This document shows positions 42,212 to 53,334 of a stretch of DNA of 64,000 nt, one piece after another. The notes under the pieces are model-generated. The model was given only the letters and a program-made list of their open reading frames with translations. It was not told where the DNA came from and searched no databases. Where the stretch lies: assembly GCA_038230835.1 (NCBI GenBank), contig JBBRMM010000008.1, positions 4,721 to 68,720 on the forward strand, in the 5' to 3' direction. The stretch's first letter is position 1. Each line of letters begins with the position of its first letter. The position numbers were made by a program, and so were the translations under genes. Source of the DNA: Gaiellales bacterium. Its GTDB lineage: Bacteria; Actinomycetota; Thermoleophilia; Gaiellales; JAICJC01.

Positions 42212-43113
42212 GCTTCGGCGAGTCGGTGCGCAACGAGCTGGTGCAGGCCCCACCCGCTCGGGCGTGCTGCCGGACCGCATTTCTGGCCGGCGTGATCCGT
42301 GCCGCCGGGTCGCTCCAGATCCGCTCCGGCGGCGAGCTTGCGGTGCGTGTGGAGCGGGTTGACGCGGCGGCCGCAAGGCTGGTCTTCCAACTGCTGCGTT
42401 CGGCGGGTGCGGATCTGGAGCTGATCTCCTCCCGTGAACCGCGGTTCGCCCGCCGCAACCTGGTGGTCATCCGCCTGCACGGGGCCCGCAGCCTGCAGCT
42501 GCTGCACGAGATGGGTGTGCTGTCAGCCGGCCTGGCGCCGCTCGACGAGCCGCCGCGGCGGGTGCTCGCGCGCCGCTGCTGCCGCGGCGCGCACTTGCGG
42601 GGGGCGCTGGTCGCGGCGGGATCGGTATCGGCGCCGCACGCGGCCGGGCATCTCGAGTTGCGCGTGCCCGACGTGGACGCCGCGCGGGTGCTCGCTCGGC
42701 TGGCTGCGGAGGACCAGATCGACCTGCGAGTCACTGCCCGGCGCGCCCATGCGATCGCGTACACGAAGCGCAAGACCACGATCCGCGACCTGCTGGTGCA
42801 CGTCGGCGCGCACGACGCGGCGCTCTCGTTCGAAGAGGCGGCGGTGGTGCGGGCCACCCGTGAGCGCGCCAACCGGCTGACCAACTTCGACCGGGCGAAT
42901 CTCGGCCGGCTGGGTGTGGCGGCCCGCTCCCAGCGTGAGGCGATCCTGCAGCTCGATCTCGACCGGCTCGACCCCGCGCTGCGGCAGGTCGCCGAGCTGC
43001 GGCTGCGCCACCCCGACCTGTCGCTTGCCGAACTGGGCCGGCGTGCCCGCCCACGGCTGTCCAAGTCGACCGTTGCGGGCCGTATGCGTACGCTCCGGGC
43101 ACTTACGATTTGA
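42208..43113 (+). CDS. whiA: Sporulation/cell-division regulator WhiA
   Basis: ORF 42130..43113, trimmed to the GTG overlapping the yvcK stop. Sequence VSFGESVRNELVQ...ACCRTAFLAGVIRAAGSL..., with a C-terminal HTH. Confidence 0.9.
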   Translation: MSFGESVRNELVQAPPARACCRTAFLAGVIRAAGSLQIRSGGELAVRVERVDAAAARLVFQLLRSAGADLELISSREPRFARRNLVVIRLHGARSLQLLHEMGVLSAGLAPLDEPPRRVLARRCCRGAHLRGALVAAGSVSAPHAAGHLELRVPDVDAARVLARLAAEDQIDLRVTARRAHAIAYTKRKTTIRDLLVHVGAHDAALSFEEAAVVRATRERANRLTNFDRANLGRLGVAARSQREAILQLDLDRLDPALRQVAELRLRHPDLSLAELGRRARPRLSKSTVAGRMRTLRALTI

Positions 43114-43373
43114 GCACCATGTGCTTACAATTTCGTTAGAAATCACCCATACGGGGGTGGCGTGGCAACCCTGTCACGGCGAAACTGAGATCAGTGGTTC
43201 GCGGATGGCCCGCATCCCCTGCGCGACGGAACCTGACCCCATCTGTTGCTGCCCGATTCTGCAGGCCATCCGCGAGCCCCCGGGATCTCCAACCCGAACC
43301 CTCCTGACCGCCCCTCGGGCGGCAGGTCGGTACACTCATTCCCTCCATACCAGGCTAGAGCCAGGGGGGTTTC

Positions 43374-44368
<995 letters not shown>

Positions 44369-44372
<4 letters not shown>

Positions 44373-45514
44373 GGACTGTCGCGGAGCTTCCGGTCGAGGG
44401 TCGCCGGGTGCTCGTGCGGGCCGACCTGAACGTTCCGCTGCGCGACGGGCAGATCACCGACGATGCCCGCATCCGGGCGTCGCTCCCCACCATCCGTCAC
44501 CTGCGCGGACGGGGCGCCGAGGTCGTGGTGTGCTCCCACCTGGGACGGCCCGGCGGGGAGGTGCGGCCCGAGCTGTCGCTGCGCCCGGTGGCACTGCGCC
44601 TGGCCGAACTGCTGGGTGAGCCCGTGGCCTTTGGGGACGAGCGAGGCCCGGTGAGGCTGCTCGAGAACCTCCGCTTCGATCCCCGTGAGGAGCGCAACGA
44701 CCCAGCGCTGGCCGCCGAACTGGCGGCCGAGGCCGACCTGTACGTGAACGACGCGTTCGGCGCGGCCCACCGGGCGCACGCCTCCACGGAGGCTGTCGCA
44801 CACCTCCTGCCATCTGCCGCCGGGCTGTTGATGGCGGCGGAGCTGAGCGCGTTCGCGAAGCTGCTGGGCGATCCCGAGCACCCGTTCGTGGTGGTGGTGG
44901 GCGGGGTCAAGGTGGCCGACAAGATCGGTGTCATCGACCGCTTCACCCGGCTGGCCGACAGCGTCCTGATCGGCGGTGCGATGGCCTTCACCTTCCTCGT
45001 CGCGCAGGGCGTCGGCGTCGGCGCCTCGCGGCACGAGGACGCCGAGGGACAGCGGATCGCGCGCGAGGCGCTCGCCGCGGCGGCGGAGCGCGGCTGCGAG
45101 CTGCTGCTGCCGACCGACGTGGTGGCCGCCGACCGCTTCGCCGCCGACGCGGTCGTGCGCTCGGTCGCAGCCGATGCCATTCCCGATGGCTGGATGGGCC
45201 TGGACATCGGGCGGCAGACTGCAGCCGCCTACGGGGCACGGCTGCGTGCGGCCCGCACGATCTTCTGGAACGGGCCGATGGGCGTGTTCGAGCTCGAACC
45301 GTTCGCGCACGGCACGCTGGCGGTGGCCCGGGCGGTCGCCGACTCGACGGCGACCTCGGTCGTCGGCGGTGGCGACTCGGTGGCCGCTGTCAACGCGGCT
45401 GGGGTGGCCGACCAGATCACGCACCTGTCCACCGGCGGGGGAGCCGCGCTCGAACTGGTCGAGGGGCGCACACTGCCCGGAGTGGCCGCGCTCGAGCAGG
45501 CGGCGGTGCGATGA
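44369..45514 (+). CDS. pgk: Phosphoglycerate kinase
   Basis: ORF 43829..45514, trimmed to GTG 44369 (GTGA overlap with gap). Sequence [11 protein letters not shown]... and [10 protein letters not shown]. Confidence 0.95.
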
Positions 45515-46257
45515 GCCGCACGCCGTTCGTGGCCGGCAACTGGAAGATGCACAAGACCGCCGCCGAGGCGTCGGCGTTTCTGACCGAACTGGCGCCCCGC
45601 GTCCCGCGCGGGGTCGAGAGCGCCGTCTGCGTGCCGTTCACGGCGCTGGCCGGTGCGGTGGACGCGGCCGCAGGCACCGGTGTCCACGTATACGCCCAGA
45701 ACATGCACCAGGCCGCGCAGGGCGCGTTCACCGGCGAGGTGTCGGCGCGGATGCTGCTCGAGCTGGGTGTGGACGGCGTGCTCCTGGGTCACTCCGAGCG
45801 CCGACAGCTGTTCGGCGAGACGGACGCTGCGCTGGCCGAGAAACTGCCGGCCGCGCACGCCGCCGGATTGCGGGTGATCTTCGCCGTCGGCGAGACGGCA
45901 CGGGAGCGTGACGATTCGGCCACCGAGACGGTGCTCGCTCGTCAGTTGGAGGCGCTGGCGGGGCTGTCCGCGGAGCGGGTCGCGGCCACCACCATCGCCT
46001 ACGAACCGGTGTGGGCGATCGGTACCGGCCTCACGGCCACGCCCGAGATGGCGCAGACTGCCCACAGGTTCATCCGGGCCGTGATCGAGCGCGGGTTCGG
46101 TGTGGGTGCCCAGGTGCGGATCCAGTACGGCGGCAGTATGAAGCCCGACAACGCCGCCGGGCTGATCGTGCAGCCCGACATCGACGGCGGGCTGATCGGC
46201 GGCGCCAGCCTGGACGTCGAGCAGTTCGCCGGTATCCTCGACGCCGCGCGTCCGTGA
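45511..46257 (+). CDS. tpiA: Triosephosphate isomerase
   Basis: 248-aa ORF with FVAGNWKMH and IAYEPVWAIGTG. Confidence 0.95.
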   Translation: MSRTPFVAGNWKMHKTAAEASAFLTELAPRVPRGVESAVCVPFTALAGAVDAAAGTGVHVYAQNMHQAAQGAFTGEVSARMLLELGVDGVLLGHSERRQLFGETDAALAEKLPAAHAAGLRVIFAVGETARERDDSATETVLARQLEALAGLSAERVAATTIAYEPVWAIGTGLTATPEMAQTAHRFIRAVIERGFGVGAQVRIQYGGSMKPDNAAGLIVQPDIDGGLIGGASLDVEQFAGILDAARP

Positions 46258-47744
46258 GCGAGCCGCTAGTTGCGCTGGTGATCCTGGACGGCTGGGGACT
46301 GGCGCCGGCCGGGCCGGGGAACGCGGTCGAACTGGCCGCCACTCCGGTGTTCGACGACCTCTGGAGGCGCTTCCCGCACAGCACGCTGGCGGCGTCCGGC
46401 CGGGCGGTCGGCTTGCCCGAGGGCCAGCAGGGCAATTCCGAGGTGGGGCACACCAACCTGGGCGCGGGTCGGGTCGTTCGCCAGGATCTGGTGCGCATCG
46501 ACGACGACGTGGAGTCCGGCGCGCTGGCCCAAAATCCGGTGCTCGCGGATGCCTGCCGACGTGCGCGCGGCTCGGCGCTGCACCTGCTGGGCCTGGTGTC
46601 CGACGGCGGGGTGCACAGTCATATCCGCCACCTGCAGGCGCTGATTGCGATGGCCCGGAACGCCGGCGTGGACCACGTGCACGTGCACGCGTTCACCGAC
46701 GGCCGCGACGTCTCGCCGACCAGCGGCGCCGGTTTCGTCGCCCAGGTGCCGGAGGTGGCGACGGTCTGCGGGCGCTACTACGCGATGGATCGCGACAACC
46801 GGTGGGATCGCACCCGGCGTGCCTACGACGCGATCGTGCACGGTGTCGGCGAGTATGCGCAGGACGCTGCCGCGGCGGTTCGCAGCAGCTACGAGCGGGG
46901 GGTCACCGACGAGTTCGTGGAGCCGGTCGTGATCGGCGACCCCGCGTCCGGTCGGATCCGCTCCGCCGATGTGGCGGTGTTCTTCAACTTCCGGCCCGAC
47001 CGGGCTCGGCAGCTGACCCGGGCGCTGATCGAGCCGGGCTTCGCGGAGTTCGGTCGCGGCCCGGACCCGCCGCTGCCGTTCTTCGTCCAGATGACCCAGT
47101 ACTCGGACACCTTCGATGCGCCGGTGGCCTATCCGCCGGAACGCATCGAGCATCCGCTGGCCCAGGTGCTGGCCGCGGCCGGTGCGGAGCAGCTGCACGT
47201 GGCCGAGACCGAGAAGTACCCGCACGTGACCTACTTCTTCGACGGCGGCAACGAGCACCGCCAGCCCGGCGAGGAGTGGCGGCTGGTCGATTCGCCGCGC
47301 GACGTGCCCACCTACGACCATGCTCCGGGGATGATCGCCGAGGGCATCACCGACGTCTTCTGCGAGCGGCTGGAGGGCGGTGAGCAGCGGTTCGCGCTGA
47401 TCAACTTCGCCAACCCCGACATGGTCGGGCACACGGGGGTGATCCCGGCGGCGGTGGTGGCCGTCGAGACCGTCGACCGCTGCCTGGCCCGCGTCGTGAG
47501 TGCCGTGGACGGGCGTCATGGGGTGTGCCTGATCACAGCCGACCACGGCAACGCAGAGTGGATGCTCAACGCCGATGGCACCCCCAACACGGCCCACACC
47601 ACCAACCCCGTGCCGCTGATCCTGACCCGCGGGGGCGCGGCGCTGCGTGACGGCGGCCGGCTGTCGGACGTCGCTCCGACAGTGCTCGAGCTGCTGGGCC
47701 TCCCGGTGCCGGCGAACATGACCGGCAGCTCGCTCGTGGCCTGA
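46254..47744 (+). CDS. gpmI: 2,3-bisphosphoglycerate-independent phosphoglycerate mutase
   Basis: ORF 46011..47744, trimmed to GTG 46254 (GTGA overlap with tpiA). Sequence LVILDGWG...GNSEVGHTNLGAGR...ITADHGNAE. Confidence 0.95.
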   Translation: MSEPLVALVILDGWGLAPAGPGNAVELAATPVFDDLWRRFPHSTLAASGRAVGLPEGQQGNSEVGHTNLGAGRVVRQDLVRIDDDVESGALAQNPVLADACRRARGSALHLLGLVSDGGVHSHIRHLQALIAMARNAGVDHVHVHAFTDGRDVSPTSGAGFVAQVPEVATVCGRYYAMDRDNRWDRTRRAYDAIVHGVGEYAQDAAAAVRSSYERGVTDEFVEPVVIGDPASGRIRSADVAVFFNFRPDRARQLTRALIEPGFAEFGRGPDPPLPFFVQMTQYSDTFDAPVAYPPERIEHPLAQVLAAAGAEQLHVAETEKYPHVTYFFDGGNEHRQPGEEWRLVDSPRDVPTYDHAPGMIAEGITDVFCERLEGGEQRFALINFANPDMVGHTGVIPAAVVAVETVDRCLARVVSAVDGRHGVCLITADHGNAEWMLNADGTPNTAHTTNPVPLILTRGGAALRDGGRLSDVAPTVLELLGLPVPANMTGSSLVA

Positions 47745-47858
47745 GCTGCAAACACCTCGAGAGGCTGGCCATTTCGTCCAAGGCATCCCTCACCACATGG
47801 ACATCCGGGAAGGTGGGTATACTGGCGCCGACGGTTCGCCGTCACCACACCGACACAA

Positions 47859-48458
47859 TTGACGCTTCAGCAACCCGATCCCGGAGTGCTCTCCAGAGCA
47901 CGGCGGGGCGATCACCGCGCTTTCACGGTGATCGTCCGCCAGTATCAGACCCCGCTGTACAACTACATCCTGCGGGTCCTGTGCGGCGACCGCGCACTTG
48001 CTGAGGACATGTGCCAGGAGGTGTTCCTGCGTGTGTACCAGTCGCTTCCGGGCTTCGATCAGCGCTGCCAGTTCACGACATGGCTGTTCCAGGTGGCCAA
48101 GCACCGGGTGGTGGACGAGTTGCGGGCGCGCGAGCGGCGAGGCAAGACCCCGGTCGAGCTCGACTCGGTGCCGCAGATCCACCTGGCGGTGTCGCCGACC
48201 GAGTCGGTCGAGGAGATGGACTCCGTGTGGCGGGCGATCGGCGGGCTCAGCCTCGATCTCAAGATGGCACTGGTGCTGCGCGACGTCGTCGGCCTGTCCT
48301 ACGCCGAGATCGCCGACGCGCTCGAGACCACCCTGGCCACCGTCAAGTGGCGCATCTACAAGGCCCGCGAGACGGTGGTGGCCGAGCTCGAGGCGGGCGG
48401 GTTCGAGTTGAACACGATGCGTGCCGTGCACAAGCTCGTGCGCTCGGACGCGGTCTGA
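47859..48458 (+). CDS. ECF (group 4) sigma-70 family sigma factor
   Basis: 199-aa ORF (TTG start). Region 2 (FTVIVRQYQTPLYNYILRVL...EDMCQEVFLRVY) and region 4 (LSYAEIADALETTLATVKWRIYKARE) are present. Confidence 0.85.
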   Translation: MTLQQPDPGVLSRARRGDHRAFTVIVRQYQTPLYNYILRVLCGDRALAEDMCQEVFLRVYQSLPGFDQRCQFTTWLFQVAKHRVVDELRARERRGKTPVELDSVPQIHLAVSPTESVEEMDSVWRAIGGLSLDLKMALVLRDVVGLSYAEIADALETTLATVKWRIYKARETVVAELEAGGFELNTMRAVHKLVRSDAV

Positions 48459-48506
48459 GCGCATCGCCCGCGGCCAGCCGCGGTCGCGCACTGCTCGATG
48501 ATTGAG

Positions 48507-49235
48507 TCAGCGGCCCTCGGCCAGCCGGGACGCCAGACGCCGGGGCAGCCCGGCGTCATGGATCGTCTGCTGGGTACGGGCGATGTCGTACTCGACCCGC
48601 CTCCAGGTCGCCCGCTGCTGATCGAGGTCGAGCACGAGAAACGCGGCCCGCGGGTCGCCGTCGCGCGGTTGACCGACCGAGCCGGGGTTGAGCAGAAACG
48701 GTCCTTCCCCGAGCGGGAGGCTGGAGTCGGCCGCCGCCGTGCCGGCCACGAACGTGCCCTCGACGTAGCCGTACATGAGCGCCACGTGGCTGTGGCCGAT
48801 CAGCGCGATGGACGAGCGCTGTGCGGCCATGCAGACCGCGGCTGTGCGGTCGTCGATCACGTACTCCCACACCGGGTCGCGGATGCTGGCGTGGTACATC
48901 TCCACGCCGTGCCGCTCGCCCTCCGGGATCAGCTTCTGCAGATACTCCAGCGTCTCGGGCGTGATCACAGACTGCGTCCAGCGGGCGGCCGCTCCGGCGT
49001 CGCTGGCGAACACGTTCATGCCGATCGCTCCCGACACGACCAGGTCGTGGTTGCCGCACAGGGTGGTCGTGACGCGCTCGGCGATCAGGCTGACACACGC
49101 GTCCGGCTCCGCGTTGTAGCCGACCAGATCGCCGAGGCACCACAGCTCGTCCACGCCCTCGGCGTCGATGGCAGCCAGCACCGCCTCGAGCGCGGCGAGG
49201 TTCGAGTGCACGTCGGAGACAACCGCGATCTTCAC
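48507..49235 (-). CDS. Metallophosphoesterase (YfcE/MJ0936-like)
   Basis: 242-aa ORF with MKIAVVSDVHSN, LGDLVGY, CGNHD and GHSH. Confidence 0.85.
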   Translation of the reverse strand: MKIAVVSDVHSNLAALEAVLAAIDAEGVDELWCLGDLVGYNAEPDACVSLIAERVTTTLCGNHDLVVSGAIGMNVFASDAGAAARWTQSVITPETLEYLQKLIPEGERHGVEMYHASIRDPVWEYVIDDRTAAVCMAAQRSSIALIGHSHVALMYGYVEGTFVAGTAAADSSLPLGEGPFLLNPGSVGQPRDGDPRAAFLVLDLDQQRATWRRVEYDIARTQQTIHDAGLPRRLASRLAEGR

Positions 49236-49257
49236 TGTCCAAGGCTATAACCTGGGC

Positions 49258-50562
49258 GTGATTCGGGCCTCCGCAACCGCATTGGCGCTAGCCGCTCTGG
49301 CGGTCTGGTTGTGGCAGGCGGAGCTGCCGGCCGGGGTGCCGCCCGTGCCGGCGTCCGCAGTCTTCAGCCACGCCCAGATCAGCAGTGCGCACACCTACCG
49401 CGATCCCGCCTACGTGATCGGGCTGGGCGCACTCGCGGCGCCGGCTCTGACCGCGGTGCTCGTGGCATGGCGGTTCGGCGCGCGGCTTGCCCGCGGTCGA
49501 GGTGCGTTCGTGCCAGCGGCGGTGGCCGTCTTCACCACGGCGGGCTTGGCCTTCGCCTCGGCGCTGCCGTTCGACTACGTGCTGCACCTGCGGGCTGTCG
49601 ACCGTGGTATCGATCTGCGCTCGACGGCGGGATGGGCAGGTGATGTGGCGTTGGGCACACTGGCATCGTGTGTGGCGGTGGCGGTGGTCGCGGTGGTGGC
49701 CTGGGCGGCGGCCCGGCGGTTGCCGGGGCGACCGTGGCTGGTCGCCGGACTGACGGTCTGGGCGTTGGTGGCGGGCGTGTCGGTGGCGCAGCCGCTGGTC
49801 TGGGATCCGCTGTTCGCCTCGACCCACCAGATCGTCCAGCCCGGCGTGCGAGCGACGGTGGCGCAGCTGGAGGCACGCATGGGCGTGCACCCGGCGTCGG
49901 TCAGCGTCGACAACGCCGCCGCGACCACCACCGCCGAGAACGCCTACGTCGACGGGGTGGGGCCGACCGAGCGAGTGGTGATCGACGACACCGCGCTGCG
50001 GCGGCTCGGGCCAGGTGCGCTGCGGGCACTGATCGCCCACGAGCTCGCCCACGTCAAACAGCAGCACACGCTGAAGGGGGTGCTCTGGTTCGGTGTGTTC
50101 GCCCTGCCGGTGCTGTGGCTGGTGTGGCGGGTATTCGAGCGTCCGGCGCGGCGGCGGCATCGCGACGGGCTGCTCGATCCCCGCATGCTTCCGCTGATCG
50201 TGGCCTGCGCGATCGCGGCGTCGGTGGTGCTGACGCCGGTCACCAACCTGCTCTCGCGGCGCTACGAGGCCGAGGCGGACTGGGTGGCCGTGCGTGCCAC
50301 GCACGACGGTGCCGGCATGGAGCGCCTGCAACGCCAGCTCGCGCTGGCCGACCTGGCCAACCCGACGCCGCCCGCATGGGCTGTGTGGGTCGAGTTTGAC
50401 CACCCGCCCGTGATGAGCCGGATCGCGGTGGCGCGCTACGCCCTGGCGCTGGCGCGCTACTCGTCGTCGTCCGCGTCGTCGTCCGCAAGATCGTCGTCCC
50501 CCGACGCCTCCCCGAACTCGGGCAGGTTCTTGATCCCCTCACGGGTGCGCCACTTGGAGTAG
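49258..50562 (+). CDS. M48-family (Ste24/HtpX-like) membrane zinc metalloprotease
   Basis: ORF 49168..50562, trimmed to GTG 49258. N-terminal TM helices and LIAHELAHVKQQH (HExxH). Start is uncertain. Confidence 0.75.
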   Translation: MIRASATALALAALAVWLWQAELPAGVPPVPASAVFSHAQISSAHTYRDPAYVIGLGALAAPALTAVLVAWRFGARLARGRGAFVPAAVAVFTTAGLAFASALPFDYVLHLRAVDRGIDLRSTAGWAGDVALGTLASCVAVAVVAVVAWAAARRLPGRPWLVAGLTVWALVAGVSVAQPLVWDPLFASTHQIVQPGVRATVAQLEARMGVHPASVSVDNAAATTTAENAYVDGVGPTERVVIDDTALRRLGPGALRALIAHELAHVKQQHTLKGVLWFGVFALPVLWLVWRVFERPARRRHRDGLLDPRMLPLIVACAIAASVVLTPVTNLLSRRYEAEADWVAVRATHDGAGMERLQRQLALADLANPTPPAWAVWVEFDHPPVMSRIAVARYALALARYSSSSASSSARSSSPDASPNSGRFLIPSRVRHLE

Positions 50563-50792
50563 TTGTCGGTCATCGCCTCGATCAGCTCCGCCATGAAGCG
50601 AGGCGACAGGTTGACGCGGGCAACCACGACTCCGGGCACCTCGTCCTCCTCCACCTCGTGGTCGACGCGGGCGAAGGTCAGCGTGAACTCGTAGTCGGAG
50701 TGGCTGACGTTGGCGAAGTTCGAGTACACGCCGGCCATGATCTCGGGTGAGAAGTGAATGTTCAGGTGGCGTTCGTGCGGGTCGTCGTCCAC
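50457..50792 (-). CDS. DUF3467-like small acidic protein
   Basis: 111-aa ORF: ...GVYSNFANVSHSDYEFTLTFARVD..., with an acidic tail DDDLADDDADDDE. Confidence 0.7.
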   Translation of the reverse strand: MDDDPHERHLNIHFSPEIMAGVYSNFANVSHSDYEFTLTFARVDHEVEEDEVPGVVVARVNLSPRFMAELIEAMTDNYSKWRTREGIKNLPEFGEASGDDDLADDDADDDE

Positions 50793-50839
50793 GCCCGCAC
50801 CCTACCAAGCTCGAGCGGGGGACCATCTAGGATTGGCGC

Positions 50840-52432
50840 GTGATCCCAAGCCCCCTCGCCGAACTCGCCGCGCCGCTCGCGGAGGCCGTCTCGGCGATCG
50901 GGGGTGACGGCGTCGCGGTGCGCCTCGAGCGACCCGCCGACGCGACTCACGGTGATTATGCCAGCGCCGTCGCCCTCGGCCTGGCCAAGCCCTTGCGCTC
51001 CGCGCCGCGCGAGATCGCGGGGCGGCTCCGAGAGCGGATCACGTCTCCGTGGATAGATCGGGTCGAAGTCGCCGGCCCCGGGTTCATCAATCTGCGGCTG
51101 ACTGACGGCTGGTACCGGCACGTGGTCGACCGGATCCTGGCCGACGGGGCGCACTACGGCGCCGGCGCCGTAGCTGCCCCGCTGAAGATCCAGGTCGAGT
51201 ACGTGAGCGGCAACCCGACCGGCCCGGTGACCGCCTCCACGGCCCGTAACGCCGCCTACGGCGACTCGCTCGCGCGGCTGTTCGCGTTCTCTGGCCACAC
51301 CGTGCATCGCGAGTACTACTTCAACGACGCCGGTCGCCAGATGGATCTGTTCGGCGCGTCGCTGCGGGCGCGCGCTCGGGGCGAGGAGATCCCCGAGGAG
51401 GGCTACCAGGGTGCGTACCTTGAGGAGATCGCCGCCGACCTCGGCCTGGCCCCGGAGGCGACCGTCGAGGACTGGCGGGTGGCCGGGGCGGCGGCGATGG
51501 TCGAGGACATCAAGCGCACCCTGGGCCGCTTCCGAGCGCAGTTCGACAGCTGGTTCCTGGAGCGCTCGCTGTACGAGGACGGCTCCGTCGGACGGGCCAT
51601 CGAGCGGGTCAGAGCGGCCGGGCACACGTACACCCAGGACGGCGCGCTGTGGCTTCGGTCGACCGACTTCGGCGACGACAAGGACCGGGTGCTCGTTCGC
51701 TCCGAGGGGGCACCGACCTACATCGCGGGCGACCTGGCGTACATGGTGTCCAAGCTCGAGCGCGGATTCGATGTGGCCGTGTACGTGCTCGGTGCCGACC
51801 ACCATGGCTACATCGGCCGGTTGAAGGCGGCCGCAGCCGCGCTCGGCTACGACCCCGCGCGGATCGACATCCAAATCTACCAGTTCGTGAAGATCCTCGA
51901 GGACGGCCGGCTGGTCAAGGTGTCCAAGCGGCGCGGCGCCGTACTCATGCTCGACGAGCTGCTGGATGCGATCGGGGTCGACGCAACCCGGTACGCCCTC
52001 GTCCAGCGCTCGCACGACCAGGTGATCGAGCTCGATCTCGACCTGTGGGCGGCCCAGAACTCCGAGAACCCGGTCTACTACTGCCAGTACGCCCACGCAC
52101 GGATCTCGGCCATCCTGCGCGCCGCCGACCGCTCGGTGCCGGCGGGCGTCGACCCGCGCTGGGCGCCGCAGCCGGCCGAGACCGAGCTGGTCAAGGCGCT
52201 GGCGGAGTTCCCCGAGCTGGTGGCGGAGGCCGCCGAGCGGCGCGGTCCGCACCGGATCGCCGGCTACGCCCAGGACGCGGCCAAGGCGTTTCACCAGTTC
52301 TACAAGCAGTGCCGGGTGCTGGGCGAGGAGCCCGCGGTCGAGCGCTCGCGGCTTGCGCTCTGCCGGGCGACCATGCGCGTGATTGCCACCACGCTCGACC
52401 TGATCGGCGTCGAGGCACCGGACGCGATGTGA
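50840..52432 (+). CDS. argS: Arginine--tRNA ligase
   Basis: 530-aa ORF with ArgRS N-domain, catalytic core (VEYVSGNPTGPV..., KVSKRRG) and DALR anticodon-binding tail (VYYCQYAHARI). Confidence 0.95.
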   Translation: MIPSPLAELAAPLAEAVSAIGGDGVAVRLERPADATHGDYASAVALGLAKPLRSAPREIAGRLRERITSPWIDRVEVAGPGFINLRLTDGWYRHVVDRILADGAHYGAGAVAAPLKIQVEYVSGNPTGPVTASTARNAAYGDSLARLFAFSGHTVHREYYFNDAGRQMDLFGASLRARARGEEIPEEGYQGAYLEEIAADLGLAPEATVEDWRVAGAAAMVEDIKRTLGRFRAQFDSWFLERSLYEDGSVGRAIERVRAAGHTYTQDGALWLRSTDFGDDKDRVLVRSEGAPTYIAGDLAYMVSKLERGFDVAVYVLGADHHGYIGRLKAAAAALGYDPARIDIQIYQFVKILEDGRLVKVSKRRGAVLMLDELLDAIGVDATRYALVQRSHDQVIELDLDLWAAQNSENPVYYCQYAHARISAILRAADRSVPAGVDPRWAPQPAETELVKALAEFPELVAEAAERRGPHRIAGYAQDAAKAFHQFYKQCRVLGEEPAVERSRLALCRATMRVIATTLDLIGVEAPDAM

Positions 52433-53334
52433 CGGAGCGCGGCCGCGCCCGCGTCGAGCTGGCCCTGATCGCGGCGGCGTGGGGGTCGGTTGCGGTGATC
52501 GTGCGGGCGGTGTCGCTGCCGGCGGCGGCGATCACGTTCTACCGGGTGTCGATCGCCGCCGCGGCGATCGCGTTCGGCGTGCTTGCGACCGGCGGCGTTC
52601 GCAGCCTGATCCCGCGCGCCGGCCGGCGCTGGCTCGTGCTGCTGGGGTCTGTCCTGGCCGTGCACTGGCTGCTCTATTTCGAGGCGATCAAGCTCTCGTC
52701 GGTGCCGCTGGCGGTGCTGCTGGTGTACACCGGGCCGATGTTCATCGCCCTGCTGGCGCCGGTGCTGACGGGGGAGCGCCCCAGCCGTGTGACGTGGCCG
52801 GCACTGGCGGCCGGATCCGTCGGAGTGGCCGTCGTGGCCACCGACCACAGCCATGCGCTGCACGCCAGTGGGCAGGCGCTTGCGGCCGGGCTGGGGGCGG
52901 GCTTCTCGTTCGCGCTGCTGATGATCACCGCCCGCAGGGTCGCGCGGGACGTCGGCCCACCGGTGTTCGTGTTCTGGGAGACGGCGGTTGCCTCGCTGCT
53001 TCTGGCACCCCTGGCGTTCGCGGGCCGCGTGCTTCCGCCCAACGCGTCGTGCGTGGTCGGGGTGCTCGCGCTCGGCGTCGGCGCCACGGCCGTTCTGGGC
53101 CTCCTGTTCGCGCGCGTGATGCGCCACGTCGACGCACCCAGCGCGGGTGTGCTGATGTTCGTCGAGCCGGTGTCTAGCGTGCTGTTGGCGTGGCTGTTCC
53201 TGTCCGAGCGGCCCAGCGCGCGCACCATCGTGGGTGGTCTGATGGTGCTCTCGGCCGGGCTTGCGGTGGTACGCGACGACGTGGTGGCGGTCACCGCAGG
53301 CGGAGTGGAATCGGTTAGGCTGGGGGGTCAGTGA
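52429..53334 (+). CDS. EamA/DMT-family transporter
   Basis: Frame of ORF 51649..53334, from the GTG overlapping the argS stop. 10 TM helices in a duplicated EamA pattern. Confidence 0.8.
   Translation: MTERGRARVELALIAAAWGSVAVIVRAVSLPAAAITFYRVSIAAAAIAFGVLATGGVRSLIPRAGRRWLVLLGSVLAVHWLLYFEAIKLSSVPLAVLLVYTGPMFIALLAPVLTGERPSRVTWPALAAGSVGVAVVATDHSHALHASGQALAAGLGAGFSFALLMITARRVARDVGPPVFVFWETAVASLLLAPLAFAGRVLPPNASCVVGVLALGVGATAVLGLLFARVMRHVDAPSAGVLMFVEPVSSVLLAWLFLSERPSARTIVGGLMVLSAGLAVVRDDVVAVTAGGVESVRLGGQ

Noticed and set aside
39308-42376. 1022-aa ORF on the minus strand, the longest in the track
   Set aside because: It is antisense to uvrC, yvcK and whiA, which have unmistakable motifs. Its low-complexity R/A/G/P-rich translation is typical of stop-free antisense frames in very GC-rich DNA. 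The same reasoning rejects 46266..47786(-), 50762..52294(-), 44330..45424(-), 27460..28899(-), 57707..58798(-) and 36813..38183(-), along with most other R/P/A-rich ORFs.
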